Of a stretch of 64,000 bases of DNA, positions 51,742 to 60,971 are shown in pieces. This DNA comes from an uncultured Chloroflexia bacterium (lineage in GTDB: Bacteria; Chloroflexota; Limnocylindria; Limnocylindrales; CSP1-4): positions 89,030 to 153,029 of the forward strand of contig CAWBFV010000004.1 of the NCBI GenBank assembly GCA_963788235.1, written 5' to 3'. The translations under genes were made by a program, and so were the position numbers. Positions within the stretch are counted from its first letter, which is position 1, and the number at the start of each line of letters is the position of its first letter. Below the pieces are notes generated by a model, which was not told where the DNA came from, searched no databases, and was given only the letters and a program-made list of their open reading frames with translations.

Positions 51742-53723
51742 ATGCGCCCCCGCCTCCTGCTGTCGCTTGCCGCGATCGTGGTGATCGGCATCCTGACGGT
51801 CGTCGTCGTCGCGACGACGTTGCCGCCGCCAACGCCGCCACCCAGCTCGCCCGGCCCATCCGGGGGACCGTCTCCGTCGCTGGGCACACAGCCCGGTGGG
51901 CCGGCGGCGATCACCTATCCCGATTTCATCGCCGATCGGGACATCGTGAAAGCACCGACCGCGAGCTCGGCACAGTCGAAGCTGTGGTACGCCCAGGGCA
52001 GTTGGTGGGGCGTGCTGTTCGCGCCGACGTCGAACCGACTCGATATCTACCGGCTCGATGCCACGACGCAGGTCTGGGCCGATACCGGCACGCTGGTCGA
52101 CGAGCGGGTCGCGGCGCGGAGTGACGTGCTGTGGGATGGGACCCACCTGTACATCGCGTCGGGCGGATCACGACCCTCGCCGTCGCACGCCATCCGCATG
52201 CGCCGCTTCTCGTACGACGAGAAGGGCAAGCGGTACGTGCTCGACGCCGGCTTCCCGATCACGATCAACCCGACCGGCGGCAGTCCCGTCGTCATCACCA
52301 AGGACTCGACCGGCGCGGTGTGGGCGACATTCGCCGTTGACGGCCGCGTGTGGGTCAGCCACACGCTCGACCACGACGCGCATTGGTCGAAGCCGGCGGC
52401 CTTGCCACCCAAGGAGGCGGTCGTCGACCCGACCGACGTCGCCGCCATCGCTGCATTCGGCCCCGGCAAGGTCGGGCTGGTGTGGTCGAACCAGCTCCAG
52501 GGTGCCGTCTATGCGAGCGTCCACGAGGATGGCGCGCCCGATGACGGATGGTCGGCGCCGGAGACCGTCGCAGTCGGGCAGCGGGGTCGACAACGAGATC
52601 TCGGTCGCGGCGATCCCGCTGGCCGGCGGCAGCGGATCCACGCTCGCGACCACCGTCTCGACGGCGCTCGACCAGGGCGGCGGCGTTCGCCAGCTCGACC
52701 CCCTGACGTTGCTCGCGATCCGCGATGCGTCGGGTGGCCTGGACGACGAACCTGATCGGCCTGGTCCGCGACCACCACGCGCGACCGGTGATCATGGTCG
52801 ATCCGGCGACGAGCACGGTGTACGTGGCCGCCACGTCCCCTGGCAACGGCGGGACGATCTTCTACAAGCGAGCAAGCCTCGACAGCCTCGAGTTCGACAC
52901 GGGTCGTGGGACGCCGCTGCTCAGCAGCACGACCGACGTCGAGATCGATGACGTCACCTCGACGAAGGGACCGATCTCCAAGGAGTCCGGCCTGGTCGCG
53001 CTCGCCGTCGATCGATCGACCGGGCGCTATTCGCACGTCGTGCTCGACATCGGCGGTGGGCCGCCGACCGCGGATCCCGCCGACCCCAAGCGTCCGACCA
53101 CGCCGACGCCGGCATCCGCCAAGACCACCACGTCGCTGCTCCGCGACGATTTCGAGGCCTGGGCGATCGGGCGGGCCGACGCCGGCTGGTACGTCCGCCC
53201 CGAGGATCCGCAGGGCAGGCTGTCGATCGTCGATGGCGGCACCGTGAAGCACGCGCTCCGGGTGCCATCGGCGCGGGGCGGGGTTCGGGCATGCCGCGAC
53301 ATCCCGCTGGTGCCCGGGACGCGCGTGACGGTGACCGCCCGCGTTCGCGTGTCGGCCATCGGCACCTCGGACGGTGTCCTCCTCTCGGCGCGCGGGAGCG
53401 GCGGGGAGGCCGGCAGCGTGCGGATCACGTCCCGCGGCGTGTTCGGCTGGTACGTTGGCGCGACGAAGGTTCGCTCGACCATCGTCGTCCGACGCGGGGC
53501 CAAGGCGTGGTACCGCGTATCGGCGACCTTCGACCAGGCCAAGCGGACCTACGACTTCCGGATCTGGAACGCAGCCAACAAGCCCGTCGCGGGACGCACC
53601 GGCCTGCGCTGGCGCACGAAGGGCGTCACGGCCATCGATTCCATCTGCATCGACACGGCCGCCACGCCGGCGGCACAGGTCATCGACATCGGAGAGGTGA
53701 GCGTGCAGGTCCCAGTCTCGTGA
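51742..53723 (+). pseudogene. Membrane-anchored propeller-like + LamG/jelly-roll-like protein, paralogous to the N-terminal domain of the giant surface protein; two frame shifts as sequenced
   Basis: ORF 51742..52755, a segment of ORF 52058..52951 and ORF 52725..53723 are collinear. SKLWYAQGSWWGVLF ... DVLWDGTHLYIAS ... ITKDSTGAVWATF parallels SKLWFNDGSWWASLW ... DVLWDGIAGKLYVAS ... IAKDSTGKLWATW. Junctions at ~52575 and ~52735. Confidence 0.65.
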
Positions 53724-54670
53724 AGATCGTCGTCACCGGCGCGGCCGGGTTCATCGGCTCGACGCTGGCCGAGGCGCTCGTCGCCGCCGGCCACGAGGTC
53801 GTCGGCCTCGACGCGTTCATCGACTACTACCCGCGCCCGATGAAGGAAGCGAACCTCGCCGGGTTGTCAGGCGCGAGCGGGTTCCACTTCGAGGAGCTCG
53901 ACCTGCGGACCGCCGAGCTGGACCGCTGGCTCGACGGCGCCGACGCGGTGATCCACGAGGCCGCGATGGCCGGGCTCATGCGCAGCTGGACGGATCTCGA
54001 GCTCTACGCGTCGTGCAACATCATCGCGACCAACCGCCTGATCGAGGCCGCGATGCGCACCGGCATCCGCAGGTTCGTGCTCGCGTCGACGTCGTCGGTC
54101 TACGGTCGCGAGGCGGTCGGCGACGAGGACAACCCGCTCGAGCCGTCATCGCCCTACGGCATCACCAAGCTCGCGGCCGAGAAGCTGGTGCTCGCCCACG
54201 CGGCCACGAGTGGCTTCCCGGGGACGATCATCCGCTACTTCTCGATCTACGGGCCCCGCCAGCGACCGGACATGGCCTACCACCGCTTCATCGAGGCGAT
54301 GCTCGACGGGAAGCCGATCACGGTCTTCGGCGACGGCGAGCAGACGCGCTCGAACACCTACGTCGACGACGCGGTCCGCGGCACGATGCTGGCGCTCGAG
54401 CGCGGGGCGGTCGGCGGCATCTACAACATCGGCGGCGGGAAGACGGTGACGCTCAACGAGGCGATCGGCCTCATCGCCGGCCATCTCGGCGTCGAGCCGG
54501 TGATCGAGCGCGAGCCGGCGCGACCCGGGGACCAGCGCCACACGAGCGCGGACATCGGCCGCGCACGCGCGGCCCTCGGATACGAACCGTCGGTCGAGCC
54601 TGACGACGGCCTCGCCCGCCAGGTCGCCTGGCACGTGGCGCGTCGAGCCGGGGCGGTCCGGGCCGGTTAG
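53720..54670 (+). CDS. NAD-dependent sugar-nucleotide epimerase/dehydratase (UDP-glucuronate 4-epimerase-like)
   Basis: GTG 53720 overlaps the upstream stop (GTGA). VKIVVTGAAGFIGS, STSSVYG, catalytic YGITKLAAE. Confidence 0.8.
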   Translation: MKIVVTGAAGFIGSTLAEALVAAGHEVVGLDAFIDYYPRPMKEANLAGLSGASGFHFEELDLRTAELDRWLDGADAVIHEAAMAGLMRSWTDLELYASCNIIATNRLIEAAMRTGIRRFVLASTSSVYGREAVGDEDNPLEPSSPYGITKLAAEKLVLAHAATSGFPGTIIRYFSIYGPRQRPDMAYHRFIEAMLDGKPITVFGDGEQTRSNTYVDDAVRGTMLALERGAVGGIYNIGGGKTVTLNEAIGLIAGHLGVEPVIEREPARPGDQRHTSADIGRARAALGYEPSVEPDDGLARQVAWHVARRAGAVRAG

Positions 54671-55296
54671 ACCCCCGAGCCCTTGAAGACCGCCAGGGCG
54701 GTCTCGGCCATCAGCTTGAGGTCGTACAGCGTCGAGCGGCGCTCCATGTACTCGATATCGAGTCGAAGCCGCTCATCGAACGTCATCGTGCCGCGGCCCT
54801 TGACCTGCCACAGGCCGGTGATGCCCGGCACGACCTCGAGCCGCTCGGAGTGCCACAGGTCGTAGGTGCTCGCCGCGAACGAGGTCGGTCGCGGCCCGAC
54901 GATCGACATCTCGCCGCGGATCACGTTGAGGATCTGCGGCAGCTCGTCGAGGCTGGTCTTGCGCAGGAACTTGCCGACCTTCGTGACGCGCGGGTCGTTC
55001 GGGATCTTGAAGTCGGGTGCCGGAAGGATGTTGAGGTGCTGCAGGGACGCCTTCAGCTCCTCGGCGTTCTGGACCATCGTGCGGAACTTGAACATCGGGA
55101 AGCGCACGCCGTGCTGACCCGTCCGCTGCTGCGCGAACAGGATCGGGCCCGGCGATTCGAGCCGGATGAGGAGCGCGCAGAGCAGTCCGACCGGTAGGAG
55201 CACCGGTAGCGCGATCAGGCACACGCCGAGATCGATCAGACGCTTGGTCGCGGCGTACCCTCGGGGCGTCCGTGGGCGCCCGAGCGATCGGGTCAT
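54667..55296 (-). CDS. Undecaprenyl-phosphate sugar phosphotransferase (bacterial sugar transferase, priming enzyme)
   Basis: KRLIDL ... PILFAQQRTG ... FKFRTM ... DELPQILNVIRGEMSIVGPRP. Confidence 0.85.
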   Translation of the reverse strand: MTRSLGRPRTPRGYAATKRLIDLGVCLIALPVLLPVGLLCALLIRLESPGPILFAQQRTGQHGVRFPMFKFRTMVQNAEELKASLQHLNILPAPDFKIPNDPRVTKVGKFLRKTSLDELPQILNVIRGEMSIVGPRPTSFAASTYDLWHSERLEVVPGITGLWQVKGRGTMTFDERLRLDIEYMERRSTLYDLKLMAETALAVFKGSGV

Positions 55297-55940
55297 GATC
55301 CGGCGGCGGTGTCGCCGACGGTCTGCTCGGCGACGGCTTCGTCGGCGTCGCCCATCGTGGCCCGGATCGGGATCGGGACCTCACCCAGCGCGGCGCCGTG
55401 GACGGCGGCGATGATCGCGCCGCTGGTCAGGCCGTCATCGGGGAAGGTCGCGGCGCGGACGTCCGCCGGCAGGAGGGCCGGCGCGACCGCGCGGATCCGC
55501 GAGAGGAGAACATCCGCCGCGGCGCGCGGCGACTCGGGCAGCAGGACGTAGACGCTGCCATCGTCGACCCAGGTGCGATCGACCAGGCGCAGATGCGCGG
55601 CGATCTCTTCCGACCGCCCACCAAGGGTGGCGTCATCAGCGCCCGGATCGGCCACGGGGATGCGCAGGATCGTCAGCGCCTTGACACCACGACGTGCGCG
55701 GCGCATCTCCCGGCGGAACTCGGCCCAGCCGGTTTCGGCGCTCGTGAGCGGGGCCGACTCCGCCTCGGGCGGAGCGGTGAGCAGGACGATGACCAGCGCG
55801 ACGATGCCCAGCGCACCGACCCAGAAGCCAAGGGTCGGGGCGAGCAGCAGGCCGTCACGCGCGGCCTCGAGACCGATCCCGGCCCCGGCGAGGGCCGCGA
55901 TCAGCGCGACGATGAGATGGTGGCGTCGTGCGACGGTCAT
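55293..55940 (-). CDS. Membrane protein with degenerate GGDEF-like domain retaining an RxxD I-site (possible c-di-GMP receptor)
   Basis: ATG 55940 overlaps the ugd stop (ATGA). Two TM segments. ALTILRIPVAD ... AAHLRLVDRTWVDDGSVYVLLPES aligns to the GGDEF-domain pattern R-x-x-D-(5 aa)-GG[DE]EF-x-LLPET, with DGSVY in place of GGDEF. Confidence 0.4.
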   Translation of the reverse strand: MTVARRHHLIVALIAALAGAGIGLEAARDGLLLAPTLGFWVGALGIVALVIVLLTAPPEAESAPLTSAETGWAEFRREMRRARRGVKALTILRIPVADPGADDATLGGRSEEIAAHLRLVDRTWVDDGSVYVLLPESPRAAADVLLSRIRAVAPALLPADVRAATFPDDGLTSGAIIAAVHGAALGEVPIPIRATMGDADEAVAEQTVGDTAAGS

Positions 55941-57325
55941 CCCTCGCCCCACTGCAGGACGCGGACGCCCGATCCGGCGAGCGCGGCCTCTGTCGCGCCG
56001 TCGGGGACGATCGTCCCGCGACCGAAGGATGAGTAGGCGAACCCGGCGGCCGCCAGGCGCTCGCCCGACAGCACGTTCCGGCCATCGATGAGGACGCGCC
56101 GGCTCATCGTCGCCCCGGCGGCTGCCCAGTCGAGCTCGACGAACTCGGGCCATTCGGTGACGAGGATCGCGGCATCGGCGTCGGCGATCGCGTCGCCGGC
56201 TGCGTGCACGACCTCGAGGCCGGGGACGAGGGTCGCGGAGCGCTCTCGGGCGGTGGGCATCGGGTCGTAGGCGACCACGGAGGCGCCCTGCTCGATCAGC
56301 TCGGCGGCGATCGTCAGCGCAGGTGCGTCGCGCAGGTCATCGGTGTCGGGCTTGAAGGTCAGGCCGAGCAGCGCGATGCGTCGACCTCGGACCGTGCCTT
56401 CCAGCAGGCTGGCGGCCCGCTCGACGACCTGGGTGCGGCGCCGGTGGTTGACCTCGTCGACCGCGCTCAGCAACGGCGTATCGACGCCGGCCTGGGCCGC
56501 GGTCCGGATGGTCATCGAGACCTGGTTCGGCAGGCACGAGCCTCCGAAGCCGACCCCGGCCTTCAGGAACGAGCCACCGATGCGGCTGTCGTAGGACATC
56601 CCGTCGACGACCGTCGCGACATCGGCGCCGAACGCGTCGCAGATCTCCGCGAGCTCGTTGGCGAAGCTGATCTTCGTCGCGAGGAAGAGGTTCGCGCCGA
56701 GCTTCGTGATCGCGGCGTCGATCGCACCCATGACCACGATCGGCGCTGCGGCCGTGTGGTAGAGCTCGCGCAGGGCGGACTCGCCGTGACCGTCGGGGTC
56801 ACTGACGACACCGAGCACGATGCGATCGGGCTGCTGGTAGTCGCGTACCGCGCGACCTTCCCGGGTGAACTCGGGATTGAGCATCACGGGGATCGGGCTG
56901 CGACCGTGGGCGGCTCGACGGCTCGCGACGAGCGCGGGCAGCTGCCGGATGAAGTCGGGCGGAAGCGTCGAGCGGACGACGAGCGTCGAGGTGTCGGGCA
57001 TCGCGGGCACGATGTCGGCGAGGGCGCCGCGGACCGTGTCGGTCTGCCAGCCACCGTTGCCATCGTGGGTACCGACCGCGACCACGACCATGTCGGCCGA
57101 CGCGGACGCGGCCTTCAGGTCGTCGGTGAAGGTCAGCTTGCCGCGCGCGATGCCATCCGCGACCAGTTCAGGAAGTCGCGGCTCGTGGAACGGGATCCGT
57201 CCCTCACGCAGGGCCCCGAGCCGTCTCGGATCGGCGTCGACGCCGACTACGTCATGGTCCCACTCGGCCAGGCAGGCACCCGTCACGAGACCGACGTAGC
57301 CCAAACCGACTACGGTCACACGCAT
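55937..57325 (-). CDS. ugd: UDP-glucose 6-dehydrogenase
   Basis: MRVTVVGLGYVGLVTGACLA, GFGGSCLPNQV catalytic Cys block, FKPDTDDLRDAPA. Confidence 0.9.
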   Translation of the reverse strand: MRVTVVGLGYVGLVTGACLAEWDHDVVGVDADPRRLGALREGRIPFHEPRLPELVADGIARGKLTFTDDLKAASASADMVVVAVGTHDGNGGWQTDTVRGALADIVPAMPDTSTLVVRSTLPPDFIRQLPALVASRRAAHGRSPIPVMLNPEFTREGRAVRDYQQPDRIVLGVVSDPDGHGESALRELYHTAAAPIVVMGAIDAAITKLGANLFLATKISFANELAEICDAFGADVATVVDGMSYDSRIGGSFLKAGVGFGGSCLPNQVSMTIRTAAQAGVDTPLLSAVDEVNHRRRTQVVERAASLLEGTVRGRRIALLGLTFKPDTDDLRDAPALTIAAELIEQGASVVAYDPMPTARERSATLVPGLEVVHAAGDAIADADAAILVTEWPEFVELDWAAAGATMSRRVLIDGRNVLSGERLAAAGFAYSSFGRGTIVPDGATEAALAGSGVRVLQWGEG

Positions 57326-57656
57326 TCTGTATCTCCCCCTTGCGCTGAACCCCCGTTCAGCTCGCCGCGACGGCCTCGACCTTCCCCAGTAGGTGGCCTA
57401 GATCCGAACGTCGGGACGCCAGATACCCAGCGGCCCTGAATAAGTCCCCGTCGACCGAAAGTACCGGTCTCTGTTGCCCCTATCGTAAGGCCCCGACCTC
57501 TCAAATACACTTAAAAAGTTCAGCGAGAGATGGCACTGAGCATGTTCGCGGCGGTGTGGGGGACGCACTTCTGGTGCGTGCCCGCACCAATCGGGCGCCA
57601 TCAGTACTAGGCTCGTCGCTCGGCTCCCAACGGCTGGTCGGGCTACCTCGGGTAGC

Positions 57657-58559
57657 ATGGCGCGACTCGGTCGAACGGCATCGGAGGGAAGCGTGTCGGG
57701 CGTTCTCGGGGATCTACCCATCGCCCTGCTCCTGGTGGTCGGCATCTGTGCGCCGGTCACGGGCTGGTTCGCGAGGCGTCGGTATCGGAGCCCGGTCGTC
57801 TGGTTCGCGCTCGCCGCCCTGACCGGACCGATCGCCACGATCCTCCTGGCCGTGGCACCCCCGGGCCGTTGTCCCAACTGTGAGGCGCCCGTCGTGGGTT
57901 GGCCGATCTCCTGCGACCGCTGCCACGCCCGGCTGCGCGACGGCGCGATGCTGACCGCGCCCGCGGCGCCGGCCCGTCAGCCGGCCCGTCAGCTCGCTCC
58001 ACAGTCCGCGCAGCCATGGGCGCACACTCTCCCGGCCGACCACCCGGCGACCGCCTCGATCCTGGAGCGGGCCGCGATCGTCGCGCCACCGACGCCGATC
58101 GATGCCGCTCGCGCCGGACACCGCCGCGACGCGCGGCCGACGTCGCTCGGCACGCGCCCGGGCAGCGCGGCGGCACTGTCGGTGGCGCCTCCCGTCATCA
58201 CGGCATCGGCGTACCAGATCGCGACCGGCCCGACCGAGCAGCGGACCGGTGACGTGCTCTCGACTGGCGTGTACATCTCGGGCAACGCGGGTCTCGAGAT
58301 CGGCGCGTGCTACGCGATCGCGCGCAGCGACAACCTGCTGCGCGTGTTCGGCCCGGTCGACGCGGGACAGCTCACGATCCGCCACGAGGGGCTGATCAGC
58401 GACTTCGAAGTGACCGCGATGGACGACCGCGTGATCATCGCCGGGCGTGAAGGCCGGTCCACGGTCGCGATCGTCTTCCGCACGATCGGCGGCATGCGCG
58501 CCGAGCAGCTCGAGGAGGCCCTCAGCCCATCGATCGCCGGGTTCGGCGGTCGGGGGTGA
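57657..58559 (+). CDS. Hypothetical membrane protein with zinc-ribbon (CPNC...CDRC) and C-terminal beta-rich domain
   Basis: ORF 57657..58559. Two TM segments, then GRCPNCEAPVVGWPISCDRCHARL. Confidence 0.45.
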   Translation: MARLGRTASEGSVSGVLGDLPIALLLVVGICAPVTGWFARRRYRSPVVWFALAALTGPIATILLAVAPPGRCPNCEAPVVGWPISCDRCHARLRDGAMLTAPAAPARQPARQLAPQSAQPWAHTLPADHPATASILERAAIVAPPTPIDAARAGHRRDARPTSLGTRPGSAAALSVAPPVITASAYQIATGPTEQRTGDVLSTGVYISGNAGLEIGACYAIARSDNLLRVFGPVDAGQLTIRHEGLISDFEVTAMDDRVIIAGREGRSTVAIVFRTIGGMRAEQLEEALSPSIAGFGGRG

Positions 58560-59771
58560 GCGAGACGGCGGCACCGATCCCCGAGACCAGCGGGCAGGGG
58601 ATCCAGGGAGGACGCGGCCCGGCACCGGAGATCGTGGGCGCCGCGCTTGCCGTCGTCGTCCTCGCCGTGATCGGGACGTCGATCCTGGCGGGCGCCGGAC
58701 GACCGGCCATCACGACTCCCACGCCGTCACCCGTCGCGTCACAGCCGGTGTGGTGGTGGTACCGACCGTCGCCCCGCCGGTCGATCCCAGCGTGGTCGCC
58801 TTGCTCGGATCGTTGAATCAGCAGATCGCGGCGACGGGGGAGGCCCTCCAGAAGGAGGTCGACCGCGCCACGCTCCGAACAGCCGACGTGCGCTCCCTGA
58901 TCCAGCAGCTGAACGCGAAGATCGCGCTCGGTGCAGAGCTCGTGGCGAAGCTCGGTGGCTTCCTCGGACCCGACGAGCCGGGTGGTCGCCTGGCCGCGCT
59001 CTACGACGCGATGGGTGCGACCGCGTCGGACACGCTCGGCGCCTCGCTCCAAAACGCAGCGGCCTATCGAGCCGGGGCGGGCGCACTCATCAAGCAGATC
59101 AACCAGATCCCCGCGCTGCAGAAGGCCATCGAGGACCTGCTGATCGTCGCGCCGAGCCCCACACCCGCCCCGAGCCCCAGCCCGCCCCCGCCGAGCGCAA
59201 CGCCGCCACCCGCGACACCGACCCCGCCGCCTGCCACGCCGTCGCCCACGAGTGCCGGAGCCTTCGGGATCGGGCGCATCGGCGTCGCCGTCGCCGTCGA
59301 TCGTGCTGGGTGCGGAGCAGCTCACGAATGCGGACTTCGAAGACGGGGTTGCGCCGCCGTGGACCCTGCTGGTCGCCACCGGCTCCAGTGCGACGCCCAC
59401 CGCGGACACAGCGGCTCCGGCCAGCGGCAAGACTCGCGGCTCGAGTCGACATCACGACGGGCAGCACCGCCTACGGCGGGATCTCGCTGCAGCAGGGCGG
59501 CCTGCACATCGAAGCAGGCGGCGTCTACGTGATCAGCCTGTCCACGCGCGCAGCGGCGGCTCGCGAGGTCCGCGTGCGGATCACCTCGAGCATCGGCGAT
59601 TCATATCTGACTCGCGTCCTGACGACTGGTGTGGCCTGGACGAAGTCGTCGATCACGTTCACGGCCCCCGTCACGGACCCGGACGCGGTCCTGGCGATCG
59701 ACTTCGGCCGCTGGGATCAGACCACCTGGATCGACGCGGTCTCGTTCCGCGGGTCGATCGCGGGGCCCTAG
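58556..59771 (+). pseudogene. Membrane-anchored coiled-coil + Pro-rich linker + CBM4/9-like carbohydrate-binding protein; about three frame shifts as sequenced
   Basis: GTG 58556 (GTGA overlap). TM segment IVGAALAVVVLAVIGTSILAG. Continues in ORF 58447..59532 (VALLGSLNQQIAATGEALQKEV ...), then ORF 59252 (LTNADFEDGVAPPW), then ORF 59310 (VDITTGSTAYGGISLQQ ... WIDAVSFRG), with stop at 59771. Confidence 0.5.
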
Positions 59772-59879
59772 CCGGCCTTCCCCGGGACGGGCCGACCGGA
59801 TGGGACGAGGCCGGGGGGCGACCCGTGGCGACCGCGGCGTCCGCGCTGAGCGCGAGCGGCCTGATTCGGGTCGAAATGT

Positions 59880-60163
59880 TGCATCTGATGCTGCATCCGC
59901 GGTTCGACGTTGCATCCAATGCACGTAACGTCGCCGGAGCCCCGTCGACGGCCCCGAATTCGTGCGTCCGATGCACGATTTCGAGCTACCAGGCCCTCTG
60001 GCGGACGTCTCCTGCGCCAAAGACGACATCAGATGCACGAAATCGACGCGAATCGGGGCAAGGCGGTAGCCCTGGGCGACGGTACGTGCATCTGATGCAA
60101 CGCGGTGGCGGGACGGGGCAAGGCGGTAGCCCTGGGCGACGGTACGTGCATCTGATGCAACGG
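59880..60163. repeat. Intergenic array of six palindromic TGCATC-N-GATGCA sites; the last two sit in perfect 49-bp direct repeats (period 60 bp)
   Basis: Sites at 59880, 59911, 59963, 60025, 60087 and 60147. Perfect copies cggggcaaggcggtagccctgggcgacggtacgtgcatctgatgcaacg at 60054-60102 and 60114-60162. Confidence 0.85.
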
Positions 60164-60180
60164 GGCCGGGTCGCACCGGA

Positions 60181-60916
60181 CTAGCCGCCGATCGATCCGC
60201 CCGGCGCCGGCGAATGCACCGTGACCCCGCCGAGACCCCGCTCCGCCAGCGCGGATCGAAGCTGGTCTGGCGTCCCGGCCAGGACCGGGAACGTGCCGTA
60301 GTGCATCGGCACGACGTCGCCGACGCCGAGGTACTCGACCGCCAACGCCGCCGCCACGAGGATCCATCGTGAAATGTCCGCCGATCGGCAGCATCGCGAG
60401 ATCGGGGCGGTGGAGATCGCGGATCAGCCGCATGTCGCTGTACACCTGCGTGTCGCCCGCGAAGTAGATCCGGAACCCGTCCTCGAGCTCGATCACGAAG
60501 CCGACCGGGTCGCCGAGGTACAGCGTGGTTTCCCCGGCCGCGTTCCAGTCGCCCGCCGAGTGATCAGCCCCGACCATCACCACGCGCAGGCCGGCCGCCT
60601 CGACGGTCCCGCCCTTGTTCATCCCGATGACCCCCTCGTCACCGGCCGGCAGGCGTCGCGGCAGCCACAGGCTCAGCTCGTGGATGCACGGCCACACGGG
60701 TCGCAGGCGGCTCTTGATCGAGAGCGCGTCGCCGAAATGATCGAAATGGCCGTGGCTGACCAGCAGCAGGTCGCACCGATCGACGGCGTCGGCCTTGATC
60801 GGGCTGTTCGGGTTCTCGAAGTACGGGTCGAGGATGATCGTCCGCCCGCCGGCGGTATCGATACGGAAGCACGAGTGGCCGTACCACGTGATGCGGGTGC
60901 CGCTGGGAAGGGACAT
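60181..60916 (-). pseudogene. MBL-fold metal-dependent hydrolase (UPF0173-like), one frame shift as sequenced
   Basis: ITWYGHSCFRI, LLVSHGHFDH. After GGHFTMDP at ~60360 the frame changes. The shifted frame reads VAAALAVEYLGVGDVVPMHYGTFPVLAGTPDQLRSALAERGLGGVTVHSPAPGGSIGG-stop (60181-60183). Confidence 0.7.
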
Positions 60917-60971
60917 GCCGGCTACCTCCTTGTCGTCGATGTCGATGCTAGCCCGCGGCTACACTCGCCAC

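Noticed and set aside
57405-57482. Weak GEMM-like resemblance in the ugd leader (minus strand AGGGGCAACAGAGACCGG...GGGGAC...GGGCC).
   Set aside because: It lacks the invariant ACGCAAAGCC block and the GNRA-capped hairpin geometry. The similarity is limited to G-rich words that are common in this genome.
59880-60163. Possible CRISPR array.
   Set aside because: There are only two perfect 49-bp copies, separated by 11 bp, plus degenerate copies. There are no spacer-sized unique segments and no cas genes in the window.
59252-60184. ORF 59252..60184 reading through the palindrome array, giving a repeated GQGGSPGRRYVHLMQRG.
   Set aside because: The repeated peptide is simply a translation of the DNA repeats. 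The upstream real gene ends at 59771 in another frame.
10020-60370. Idea that the frame shifts sit systematically next to GATC (methylation-linked basecalling error).
   Set aside because: It holds for the two RND-B2 junctions (GGGATC) and possibly for the MBL gene (GGATCC). It does not hold for the three lipoprotein junctions, the flippase (CATCCC) or the BY-kinase homopolymer. The data are too inconsistent to claim this without read data.
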